Source: Vitrella brassicaformis CCMP3155 (lineage: Eukaryota > Protista > Chromerida). Taken from it: a stretch of DNA of 64,000 nucleotides. Positions 1 through 11,533 of this stretch are shown piece after piece; the stretch's first letter is position 1, and every line of letters starts with the position of its first letter. The stretch lies in NCBI GenBank assembly GCA_001179505.1, contig CDMY01000363.1:1-64000 (forward strand), given 5' to 3'. A program made the translations under genes and the position numbers. The notes beneath the pieces are model-generated. The model was given only the letters and a program-made list of their open reading frames with translations. It ran no database searches and had not been told where the DNA came from.

Positions 1-2590
1 GTGCGATGTCATCAAGGTGGGTGTGGTGTGACACGTGTCACAAGACCATCCATCCATCCATCCATCGGACTACCAGCCAGCCAGCCTGCCTCCTGCGTGT
101 TGGCTCCATCAGGCGGCCAGCTACCTCCACATCCCCCGTCTGATCCAGATAGCCCAGATCAAAATCGCACTATATCTGCGCGCGGTATGCGGCAGCCAAG
201 CAGGAGAGCTCACACCACATTAGGTGGTGATCGTCACGGTGGTGCTCTGCGTGCAGGAGAGTAGCCCTTCGGAGATCGCCATCTTGGTCAACAAGGCGAA
301 GGTGTGTGTGCGTGCACGGGAAGGCACACATACACACTCATTCGCCTGTGGGAATGAATGTCTGCTCAGGCTGTTTCTGTGGGGGCGTCGCCAGAAGATG
401 GCGGCCAGGTGAAGAGATCGGCCGAGGGCGAGGCCAAGGGGGCGTCGGGCAGCGGCAGGCAGCCGGGTCTCAGGCAGCCCTTGCTCGCCTTCGCCTCCAT
501 ACCGGTACGTGCGTAAAGCAATCAGGCAGGCAGGCAGGCAGATACACGACACGCGCCCAAACTCGTCCTTCGATCTGCTCGGTGTGTGTCTTGGGTCCGT
601 CTTTCGTCACTCAGTATGACGTGCTGGCTTTGACGTTGGCGTTGCTGCCCCTAGACCTCCTCTCTGCTGCGGCAGGCGCCTCGCTCACGCCCGTCGACAC
701 TCGAGAGTGGGAGGTGCTGGCCGCCAACTACACCCACCTCATCATCGACCACGACGACGCCAGTGCGACCTTCTTCGAGAAGCTCTCCTTCGCGGCGGCT
801 TACGAGTGGGGCAGACGGCTGCCGCACCTCAGGAGCATCACAGTGCGCCATCCCCGCCTGCTGGCGGCATGGTGTCTTCGTGTCGTCATCGGCATCGTGG
901 AGGGCCACGCAGAGGCGCGGGCAGCACTGGTGGCGGGGCGGCGGGAGGAGGGGCGGATACCTGAGGGCTCACTCGAGAGCATCACCTTCGAGCCAGACGA
1001 GGACCATGAGGAGGACATAGAGCAGGCTGACAAGGACAGCGAGAGCTTCAGGGAGGACCATGAGTTGCCCCCCGACGAGCTAGAGTCTGAGTCTACGCAA
1101 AAGGCGAGAGCGGGTATCAACAAGGCCCTGTCGCTGCTGCCCCGTCCCTCCACCCCATCCCCGTATCTGCCAGCCGTCAGGAGCATCGTCGGCCTAGCCA
1201 AGGACCACAACGCAATGGCCGACCGAGAGTGGCAGACGCCTGCTCTCGAGATGGTGACTGAGACTGTGGTGACCGAGCATGATTGCGTCCATGGAGTGGC
1301 CTACGGTCTGGACATGACCACACTGGGCAAGATCATCCAGACATCCGAGCGGCTGCAGGAGCTAGTGGTGACGATGGAACCTGACCCCTTGGCGGATGCC
1401 CTGTCCATGGTCCCACTGGTGGCAGTGGGGGAGGGGGGGAGACTGGTGGGGCGGCTGGCCGGCCTGAGATCGATCGGCACACTGCTGATCGACGGTACGG
1501 AGAGTCAAGACGCAGGACTGACGCGGCTCAAGGTACCAGCCGAGCAGGCACATTCATTGACGTGAATGTGATTGATGCCGTTAATGTACAGAGCGTGCTG
1601 CTGGAACGCGGGTGTCGATCGTTCGAGTGCCTCAGTGTGGAGTTCTGTCCCGTGAAGGCAATCGCATGGCCATGGATGGGAGGGCCGCTCTTCGCCACCA
1701 TCAGCGCGCTGGAGTCCTTCCAGAAGGCGCTCGGAGGCCCTCCCGTCGCTTTCAGAACTCCCCCACCCCCCACGGCATTCGTACTCCAAGGACACAGCGA
1801 CACCTTCTTCCTGCGAGACCTCCTGGACGTGCCCGATAGCCCCTCCCCTCTCTTCGTAGAGACGCTGCAGCATCTCGCCAGGAGGACGCGGAAGGTGGAG
1901 ATCTGTTTCAGCCCCCAGCAGCTGCTCGACTACCACCACCGACACGGCGCCATCCGACCTGCAGTCCATCGTGTCGCCAACAGCCTGATCTTCTGCACCG
2001 ACAGGAAGACGTTTGTCGAGATCTACCAGTGGAGTGGTTGGGATGGTGCTGATGCGACGGCGGCCATACGGGGGCTCGTCGCGTATCTCCTCCAATTACT
2101 GTGGGCAAGATCAAGATAATTGGCAACCTGTCAGGTGCCGAAGCTGTGGTCGGGGAAAAGACAAGGGGGCTGCAGAGCTACAGGGTGATCCTGGCCATGC
2201 CTTTGAGCTGCTGAGGGCGATGGGGGGGATGCGGGGGTCGAGAGGGCTGACGTGACGATCAACAACACGGGATCGCACCAGGATGCCCTTTTCTGGCGCA
2301 ACTGGGCCGAGAAGAGGGCAGACGAGCTAGCTCATGTCGAAAAGCTCAACGTCATCATTGCGCAAATCCTGCACATTCAAATCGTTAGCAGTGATTGGTT
2401 GTTGTGTGGATTGTATCTGTCTGTGCATGCAGATTTCCGATCGCATTCCGATGGCATGGCGGGTAAGGTGGCCTTCTTCAGGGCTGTCCTCGATGCGGTT
2501 CTCGTGCGAGCTCGCTTCCGCCAACTGAGGATGGGGATCGGTGGCCACCAGACTTTCGAGACGTCCTTCGAGAGATCATCCGTGGCGTGA
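1..2590 (+). CDS. 5'-truncated multi-exon gene: SKP1-like C-terminal segment, linker, F-box-like motif and a large lineage-specific (Vitrella-type LRR-like) domain
   Basis: Phase-0 GT-AG splicing gives ...CDVIK | AASYLHIPRLIQIAQIKIALYLRA (113-184) | ESSPSEIAILVNKAK (257-301) | AVSVG...LLAFASIP | YDVLALTLALLPLDLL..., then the long ORFs 306-1565 and 1562-2119 joined by an intron near 1533-1586 (GLTRLK|SVLLERGCRS). The first exons resemble SKP1 AANYL.I..L...TPEEI. The last exon (2252-2590) is uncertain. Confidence 0.6.
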
Positions 2591-2846
2591 TGGCGGACAG
2601 CTGCCAGAGGCACGGCATCCATTTTCCGCGATACCATATCGGCGAAACCACAGGACCCCCCCGCATGTATTGTTCACACCGAGCGCCGCACTACACCCTC
2701 ACTGTGTTTAGGCAGGATGCATTGCGGCTCTGACTGACTGACTGAATGCATGGACGGATGGCTGGTTGCATGTGCCGACGAAAGAGAGGAAAGAGAGAGA
2801 GATATTTCACGTGCGAGTAGCCCAGACGGTCAGTCATAAGAAGCCA

Positions 2847-3124
2847 GTCAGGCACGCAGCGGTCTGCCTTCTTATGACATACACACATGCACGCACCCAT
2901 CCATGCACATATCTGTGGACTCGGTGCATTTGCATGTGGGCCTGCGTGAGAAGCTTCATCAATCAACTGAGATGGACGCAGTCTTGTCAGGCACGCAGCG
3001 GTCTGCCTTCTTATGACATACACACATGCACGCACCCATCCATGTACATATCTCTGGACTCGGTGCATTTGCATGTGGGCCTGCGTGAGAAGCTTCATCA
3101 ATCAACTGAGATGGACGCAGTCTT
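2847..3124. repeat. Tandem duplication of a 139-bp non-coding unit
   Basis: gtcaggcacgcagcggtctgcc...gatggacgcagtctt begins at 2847 and again at 2986 with only a few substitutions. Confidence 0.95.
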
Positions 3125-3271
3125 CCGCCGACCGACGCAAGCAAGTTTGTCAATGTCCGTCTGTCTGTCATGTTTGGCTAGTAACATACTGACACCCACC
3201 CACACCCACCATTGCATTCAATCCATCTATGACACTGCAGTGGATGGTCATTCATTGACGACATATGGTTT

Positions 3272-3410
3272 GTCCGTGTCTGTATGTCCATTCATCCGAT
3301 CGGACAGACAAACCAACAACCTCTGTGGACACCCCTGGCTGAATGCAATGCATGGTTGGTACTGAACGAGACATCAGGATATAAAATGTAGACAACGATT
3401 GCTCGCCGCC
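3272..3410. repeat. Dispersed ~130-bp block also present at 8861-8988 (shared 3' region of two paralogous minus-strand genes)
   Basis: gtccgtgtctgtatgtccattcat...cggacagacaaaccaacaac...atataaaatgtagacaacgattgctcgccgcc occurs at both sites. Confidence 0.9.
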
Positions 3411-5140
3411 TCCCTCCTCTGCTGCAGCCGATGTATCGTCAAACCCGCACCGTCTGAACCGATCTCCTCATGCAGGACAGTCCAAATGTGCGATGGACGC
3501 ACTGCATTACACTCCACAAATGACGACAGACAAACAGCCAGGCCAACAACGGCGGACAAAAAATACAGACAGCCATCCAGCCACAAGACGGTACACAGCC
3601 GGACAGTCGTCCTGTGGCCTTCTCTCATAGGCGGATGCAGACGCCATCTCTGTCTGCAGTGGTGTCTGTCTGTCTGTTTCTCTAGGATCGTGTGTTCCCG
3701 CCACACACTCGGCGGCCGGGAAGTCCTCGACCGACTCGCTCTCTCGCTCCAACAAAACACCGCTAGTCAGTCACTCTGACGTGACGACACCGCCCACCGA
3801 CCGAACTTGTGCAACGCACCTGCACACACATCGACCACACACACACACACACAAGAAGTAAATGAATGCACCCCTCCCATGGCCTCCCACCCTCCCTCCC
3901 TCCCTCTCTCTGTCTGTGTGCTTACTATCAATGTGTTCGGTCGGCGTTCGGTGTCCACTCACGTCGTCATGGCGGTGCCGTAGAGGTCCCTCATGTGGCT
4001 GAGGGTGGCCTCGGGCAGCCGCACCACATACCCCTCCTCATCGAGCACCGTCCCGTCCACCACCCCCCACTCAGACACGCCCTCCGGGAACATGAGCACA
4101 TCTTGGAAACCGTACGCCTCCTCCTCGATGAGGGCGAAGCCGCCATTGGGATGGACGCAGGCCACCAAACTCCCCTCGACGATGTCGCACAAAACCCTCA
4201 GCCGCTTCCTCGGCGGCTCCCCACTCCCACCCCCCTCCCCATTATCCGACTCGTCATCGCTCTCCTCCACACACTCGAGGAGAGGCCGCCTTGGGCGAGG
4301 CGCCTCGGGTGTGTGCGGCTCCGGAGTGCCGGGGCGCTCGGGAGTCCGGGCGATGGGTGCGGCGGGGCTGCTGGGCGCCTCCTGTGGGCTGGCGGCAGTG
4401 GTGGGCGTGCTGGAGCTGTTCGTGGTGGGGATGCCGCAGTTGGACGATACATTCATGGCAGCTCTAGCGCCTGTGCGGCGTGCATAGGTGTGGTTGGGCT
4501 GCTGGCCGTTGCGCATGGCAGTGCGGCGGCCATCCATGGACACAAACAGCACAACATCCACCTCATCAGTGTGGTATGATACCCATGTCTCGTCCTGTCT
4601 TCCTCCCCTCTTACCATCATGATGATGATGAGCTTCCCGCTGGCCTGCAACACACATACATGGTGAACATTGTGAGGCACTGTATGTATTCTGCCTCACC
4701 GGTCTCTTGGGTCTGGCGCCGAACACGCGAGCTTCGCGTCGGCCATGGCTCTGTGGCATGACGTTCTCCGCCTTGTCTCTCAGACTGTTGTCGAGACCGG
4801 CCCCGTCGACACTGGCAGCATCCCAACTCCACTTGAGGGGATGGATGGACACACAGACACACACACAGAGTATCCGCGCATCCGCCCAGCCAGCCAGGCC
4901 GCCAAGTACACACTTTGCGTCCGTGCCTACCTTGTCTTTGCGGTTCGGGTCAACGGTGCAGCCACGCCAGCGAGCGGGTGATGCGGCGGGACAGCCAGGT
5001 GCAGCTGGGGCCCTGGCTGGTGCAGCTGGTGTGGCACTGCGGCGGGGAAGAATGGCGGGCCGTGCTGCCCAGCCAAGAATGGCGGGAATGGACCGACGCC
5101 CTGCATCAGTCGGGGGTCGTTGTTGACGTTCAGGTGGGCA
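3374..5140 (-). CDS. Uncharacterised multi-exon gene (family X, copy 1)
   Basis: A coding-like exon ends ...RKRLRVLCDIVEGSLVACVHPNGGFALIEEEAYGFQDVLMFPEG...; upstream exons WSWDAA and GKLIII are shared with the gene at 8942-11124. The exon structure is only partly resolved. Confidence 0.4.
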
Positions 5141-5537
5141 GCAGGATGACGGTGGACCGGCACACTGACACACACACCGAGGGACGAGTAAGAGGAGGAT
5201 CCTGTATGTACTTGGATATGCACACATGGCATTCTTACATGGCATGGTGCCTGGGGTCGAGGTCACGGGCCTGACGAATCGAGATGGGAGAAGAAAGATC
5301 GATGAATGGCTTCTTCTCCCCCGCCGTCAACCACACAACGTACCTGCTGGTTGTTGGGTCCATCGTGGCCATCGCCATCCTCACGTCCAAACAGCCCAAG
5401 GACTTGCCCAAAGAGCCCGGCGAACAGTGCTTCCATCGGTCCAACAAGCCGGTAGTATGAACAAGCTAGACTTATCTCCCTCTTGCTCGCCGCATTGCAA
5501 CGGCCTCTCAACGGGAGCTACACGCCCAATACAACGC

Positions 5538-5621
5538 CCTGCACATCATCCACACCTTACACCATCACCACAGCCAACAGATGTGACGCACACGGCCACA
5601 CACATCTACTGACCTGACGGA
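5538..5621 (-). repeat. ~84-bp intron-like segment duplicated at 6335-6418
   Basis: On the minus strand both copies read ccgtcag|gtcagtagatgtgtgtgg...gtgtggatgatgtgcag|g, which is a complete GT-AG intron. Confidence 0.85.
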
Positions 5622-6810
5622 TGGGCGGTCTGTGTACCAGCTCGCGGTCCAATTCTGCGCGCTTGTCCTTGCACCGCAGCATCTCGTACTCATGGCATCT
5701 TCCACGCATCTCATCCTGACACAGACAGAGCCACACGGCACACAACATGAAACACAGCACCTTGTCCATCCCTCCCTCCCCCCCTCCCTTCCTCCCTGCC
5801 TCCTTAGTCACCAGCCCTTGATGGTATGCCTGCCACCCGGCCGTTGGTATGTCCGCCTGCACCCTTACACCAGCTGAAAACCAAGAAAGAACCAAAAAAA
5901 GGAGAGTTTCGAGCGTTCGTCACAATCTGAAGAGCCTTCAGCAGCGGCGGCGCGAGGGAGGCGAATGACGGCGTCGTCTACTGAAAGAACCACGCAAGTA
6001 TCGTCTACCTTCCTGTCGGCCATGAGCGCGTCTTCTCCCTGATGAGCTGCAAGACACAACGATGACTTACTTGATCAATCCACTGAATTAGTCTGTTTCT
6101 CCTTTGTCCTTCGCCAGACTAAGGGGTCCTATGTCTGGAAGGCAGCAAACAAGGGCATTGACGTGTGCGGTGAACACCAGACTCAGTGAGGCACTCACAC
6201 ACCTTCTGAGAAATCTGTCGAGAACAAGAGACGGGAGCCAACAGAAGAAATCATCATTTAATCTGCACACGCACACATGACCAGGGGAGGCACACGAGCA
6301 CACACACGGCGACACAGTGTATCATGCGTTCATTCCTGCACATCATCCACACCTCACACCATCACCACAGTCAACAGACATGACGCACACTGCCACACAC
6401 ATCTACTGACCTGACGGAGGCCTTTTTGATGAGAGAACAACGGGGCGCACTCCGCTGACGCCAGGCGGCCGCCAGCCACTCCACACAAGGCAGGGCACCG
6501 CCAGGTGAGGTCTCACCCGGGGCACGGCGGTGGAGGAGAAAGGTGGCCCATAACATCCGGACGAGTTGGGAGGGGTGGAACGAGGCGAGGCGGACAACAT
6601 CAGCCGAAAATCAGCCCAAAAGAACAAGAAACGGAGGATCTGTGGCTGAAACAAGGCTGCACAGCCGAACGCGGCAGGAAATTGCGAAGAAACTTTCAAA
6701 ATCCGTAAAATCAGGGTTTGTGGGTTTCTCGCCGTCTCATCGCGAAAATCTCGCCGCACGCGATTAGTGGTTTTTGCGGACAGAATTGGCAGCAGGCCAG
6801 TAGAGATAGG

Positions 6811-6860
6811 CAGCAACAGCAGCAGCAGCAGCAGCAGCAGCACAGCAGCAGCAGCACAGC
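6811..6860 (+). repeat. Imperfect (CAG)n microsatellite in the 5' leader of the J-domain gene
   Basis: cagcaacagcagcagcagcagcagcagcagcacagcagcagcagcacagc immediately upstream of the ATG at 6869. Confidence 0.9.
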
Positions 6861-6868
6861 TTGAGGAG

Positions 6869-8404
6869 ATGCCTCCTGGGTCTCGTAGTTGTTACATTTT
6901 GGACGCGTATGTAGTGCTGGAGGTGCCGCCCTTTGCGACCAAGCAGGAGATCAAGAAGGCCCACCGCAGACTCCTGCAGGTGAGCGGAGAGGGGCTGCGG
7001 GCATGGTGCAGAGAGAGGGGGGAGGGAGGGAGGGAGGGAGGGAGAAAGGCACACACAGTGGCGGAATGCATCCGCTGCCGCTGTGTACGTGACGATGCAT
7101 GCGCACGTATGTCTGTGGAGAGAGGCGCCATATATGTGCGTGTCTGTGAGAATGCACTGATTCAATCACTGCTATGCTGACCGGCGGCATGTGCTGTGTG
7201 GGCTGTGTGCAGATGCACCCCGACAAGCACCTCCAGGACGACCACAGCGCCATGGCCGAGATAAACGAAGCGCGCGACACGCTCATGGACGACGACAAGA
7301 GGGCCACCTACGACCGCGAACATGTGACCCACACTGTTGTCATGTCACATTCTATGCGCAACGGTCTGTCGACGTGACTGAACACTTGTGTGTGTGTGGT
7401 GTTCTGTTGTGTTGTGTTGTGTTGTGTTGTGTGTGCAGGACGTGTCGGAGAGGACGTGGACTCAGGCCATGGCCCAGTGGAGAAAAGAAGTGGACCACAT
7501 CCGCGTCAGTGAGTGAGGGAGCCGAGGGAGGCCCCACGACAGACAGCTGACATCCCAACTCGCACACACATCCATCTATGTCCTGACGCTCTGTGTCTGT
7601 CTGTGTGTGTTGTCCATTTCGCTGACTGACAGGCCAAGCGTGCCAAGCTGCTCGGTCAGAGCCCGCCTGCCGATTGCCCCACCCCCTGCAGTGAGCCGCC
7701 GAAACCGGTACGTTAGAGAGATACATCCGAGTCAGTGTGTGTACGAAATCCACTCATCTGTGTGTGTTGCTGTACGGTTTGCCCTCTCTCTTCTCTTTTG
7801 TATCTTAACCCACCCTCAGGTTTTCGAGCTCCTCCCGTACATGAACTCCATCCCATTTCTGCCCACGCGTGGCTACTTCAATTTGGCCCAAATCCCCACG
7901 CCACTCCATTTCTGCCATCCCCCTTCTGCCCAACCGACCCCGCCCCACAACGCCATCCACCCCCCGCACCACCACACGGCTGCCACTGAGGCGACCCCCG
8001 CGCCGCACACACAGCATCCCCCGTCACACCCATACGTGGAGACGCTCATCGACCCCCACACGAACACCTACCGCCTTCTGGTGCCGGTGTCGGCTTGGGG
8101 GGAGGGCGAGGACGGCCACTACATCAGTGAGCTGACGGGGTGGGAAAGCGCTCACTGGCGGCGGGAGGGGGATGTGTGGGTGGTGACGGGAGAGGTGCCG
8201 GCCGACTACTGCTGGCTGCTCGAGGGGTGCGCGGAGGCTCGTCGCGGAGTGCGCATGGCCTTTGCCAACGTGTGTGAGGCCCGCGAGAGGGCTGAGAGGG
8301 CGGCGGCGAGGGCAGCGCAGGCGGCGTTATCGTGTGTGACGGGCATGTGGGCCTCTTGGGGGCAGGGGGGGAGGGATGAGTATGTGGGATTTTGTGTCAG
8401 TTGA
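6869..8404 (+). CDS. Type III J-domain (DnaJ/Hsp40-like) protein with an uncharacterised C-terminal region
   Basis: Spliced exons give YVVLEVPPFATKQEIKKAHRRLLQ|MHPDKHLQDDHSAMAEINEARDTLMDDDKRATYD, a J-domain with the HPD motif; about 5 exons, stop at 8404. Confidence 0.9.
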
Positions 8405-8941
8405 GGGGCCAGACAGTGTGAAGCGGTTGCCTGACGCATGGATTGCGGGGTATTTGCCCACCTCTTGCTGATATCTCTCTGGCTGGCTGCCTGGCTGACT
8501 GACTGACTGCCTTGACCTGGACAACTTGCCTACCTCTTGTTGATATCTCTCTCGCTGGCTGGCTGGCTGGCTTGGCACGTAGAAAACGATGGACACGGGG
8601 ACACGCAGACGAGGGGAATTCAGCCAGTTATCGCACCATCAATGAGTGCGTGACGTGTGTGTGTGGCGGATGGATGGACGGATGGAAAGGGGCGGCGGCG
8701 TCATTCCTGGGCGTGCCTTGCCCCTACCTGCCGTCCGCTTATCATAGCCGATTGGTGTAACGATTGGAGTGTGGGTGGTGTGGAGGGCTGGATTGCCAAC
8801 ACACACGAGGAGTGGACGGCTGGATGGATGGCGCATGAAGAGAAACACTGTTGTGCGTAGGTCCGTGTCTGTATGTCCATTCATTCAATCGGACAGACAA
8901 ACCAACAACGCATGTTTGTCTGAATGGACCATGTACATCAC

Positions 8942-11124
8942 TCAAAGGGACATCGGATATAAAATGTAGACAACGATTGCTCGCCGCCCCCCCGTGCTTT
9001 CCTCCCTGGCCGCGGCCCTCTCCTGCGGGACCCGCACCTCGCCATATTTGGCGACCTCGGCCTCCAGTTCCGCTGTGGTGGGGCGCTTCTGCAGGTCCTC
9101 TTGGCGCATCGGGCGGGCGGCGTCGATGAGGCCTCGGTTATACGCGTCGATGTCGACATCGTCAGGCACACCCAGCCCGAGTCGGCGCGAGTTGGCCTTG
9201 AGGCGGTGCCAGAAGGCGTCGCCGAAGACCGCCTTGATCATGTCCTCGTTGATGATTTTGTTGGCGCCATCGATGAGGGGCGAGTATCTCTTCGATGATG
9301 GGGAGGAGCGGCTTGATCTTGTTGGTGCCACTTGAGACGGGGGCGGAGATGAGGGCCAGGATCTCATCGATGATGAGCTCGAGGTACATGACCGCATGGG
9401 CTGGCCCTTGTCGCGCCGCTCCCTCTCGATGGCCTCTGCGACCTGCAACCATGACATCCATCACTGTGTCTCTTCCTTCCTCGTTGAGAAGTGACTGAGT
9501 CGCTCACTTTCTTGGAAACGTTGTCGTGTTTGACGACGAACTTGATGGCAGCGTCCCAACTCCACTGGAGGGATGGCGCGCTGCCCAGTCCCTGCAGGAC
9601 GGCGGCGATTAGGAAGCCCCTTGAAAGCCACAACACACACAGTTCATGTACCAGTGCAACACCAGTCTGATCTTAACACCAGTGTGAGATCTTGCTGTTG
9701 CAATACTCGCTTGGCGTGGGCGTCGGGGTACGTGTCGCGGATGCACTCGTACACTTTGCGGGGGTCCGTGATGTCGCAAATCCCGCTGGCCGCCGGTTGG
9801 GATGCTAACTGAACAACAGAGACACCACACACAACGCACACAGTATATCCTCATTGCTTTGTGCCTGTCTGTCTGTCTGTCTGTGTCTCTGACTCACATG
9901 TATGTGTGCAGCGCCTTCGAAGCCGGGTAGCCGAGCTCGGCCATCCATATGATGATGATTATGCCATTACAGCACCAAATGATCTGGACACACACAGCAC
10001 AGCATCCACTTATGGGTGTGGTGTGATTGAGCCGGCCTTCCGTCCTGTCTGGCTTCCCCTCTTACGATGATGATGATGAGCTTCCAGGTCTTCTTCTTGC
10101 CCTTGATGATGATGTTCTGCGCCTCGGCGAGTGCGCGGGCCAGCATCTCGTGCTCGGCCAGATGGCCGGCGAACGAGAGAGAGCTTGACCCACCGGCCGT
10201 GTCCGATAGCCCCCTCCTCTGATGTTGCCACGTCCGATGAGCCAACAGATGCAGTTGCAGGCGTTCCCGCATCTGGTGGTGGCGAAGTACATGTACTCGA
10301 CGATGGTGTCATCCACTGAAAGAAGGCCATGATGGCGTTGAGATGAAACGAAAGCAGGAGAACCTTGACGAACTGAGAGACGCACCAAGTACACACAGAC
10401 GCACCAATGGAGACACAACATGGTGCTCACATTGTGTCTTGTTCACCTTGATGAGCCTCTTGAAGCTAGGTACTTGACGGCCGCACAGACGTACCACGGC
10501 TCACCATAAGAGAAGAGCCGCTCTTGGTCTGGCTTGGCGCCTCGATCACAGACCACCTCCTGCATGCACATTCATGGCACACACACACTACAAAAGGCTC
10601 TCTTACTGACCAACTAACCACCTGACTGACTGCCTGACATTCACCAGCGTGTGCTTGCCGCCCTGGATGATGGTGCCGAAGAAGTCCACGAAAAACTGCC
10701 GCTTGGAGATGGCGAACTTGAACGCCCACGAGTCGATCTACATATTAGAGACCCATCACATCACCGACATGTGTACACTAATCGCCCATTGCATCCCTTG
10801 GTCATCTAGAGAGATGGGTACCTCGGCGAAGGCGCGGTTCCATATCAAAGCCCCGATGGTGAGGGCATAGAGGAAGGGCGTGGTGCCCTTGGTCTTGGCG
10901 CCGGCCTTGTGGGAGAGGTCGTGGTCAGTGCGGCTCCTTTTCTGCTTGGCGGCGAGGCCCTTGATGGCCTGGTTCTCCTGCTCCTTCTTGAGCTGGTGGA
11001 CTTCTTCGTCAAGGCCGGCGACCTGCTCATTCTCGGCCCTTAGCTGGTCCTTCTCCCTCTCATGTATGGCCTCCCTCTCCCTAAACTCGTCAATCTCCCT
11101 CTGCAGAGCCGCCGCAGCTGCCAT
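8942..11124 (-). CDS. Uncharacterised multi-exon gene (family X, copy 2) with an N-terminal coiled coil; possibly degenerating
   Basis: Exons MAAAAALQREIDEFRERE..., IDSWAFKFAISKRQFFVDFFG..., KTWKLIIII|WMAELGYP..., WSWDAAIKFVVKH..., VAEAIERE...KAVFGDAFWHRL. An apparent compensated double frameshift lies at ~9275-9400. Confidence 0.55.
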
Positions 11125-11533
11125 CCTAGCCGGGCTGGGCGGAAGCTAGATGCAGTACTGTATGCTCCTCTCAGTGGGCGAAGGGGTGGGGTGGCGATAG
11201 AGGTGGGTGGGATTGCCAACACAGGCGGCCTCAGGGGATTTGAGATGCCCTCCTCAGTCGTAGATGTGCTCTTGGGATGCCGATGAGCAGCCAAACGCGA
11301 GTTCTGACCGCTCTCGGGTCACGAATGCATCAGACGGTGATGCAGAGAGGCAAACGGTGACGCAAACGGTCAGAAAAAGGCAAGCGGTGAGCTGCGGTGC
11401 TGTCCTCTGCTCTCGGTCGGCGAAGGGCTGGGATGGCGAGAGGATGAACGAATTTGGAACGCTCGCCGCCGTCTCGTCTTCTCGCCCTATCCTCGCCGAC
11501 TGTAAATCGGATGCATCTGTGGGAATCGAAATA

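Noticed and set aside
2847-3124. Possible CRISPR-like array
   Set aside because: Only two contiguous 139-bp copies with no unique spacers, in a eukaryotic context.
8460-8560. Short ~72-bp-period duplication (acctcttg.tgatatctctct) downstream of the DnaJ gene
   Set aside because: Ordinary local slippage among microsatellites, with no evidence of function.
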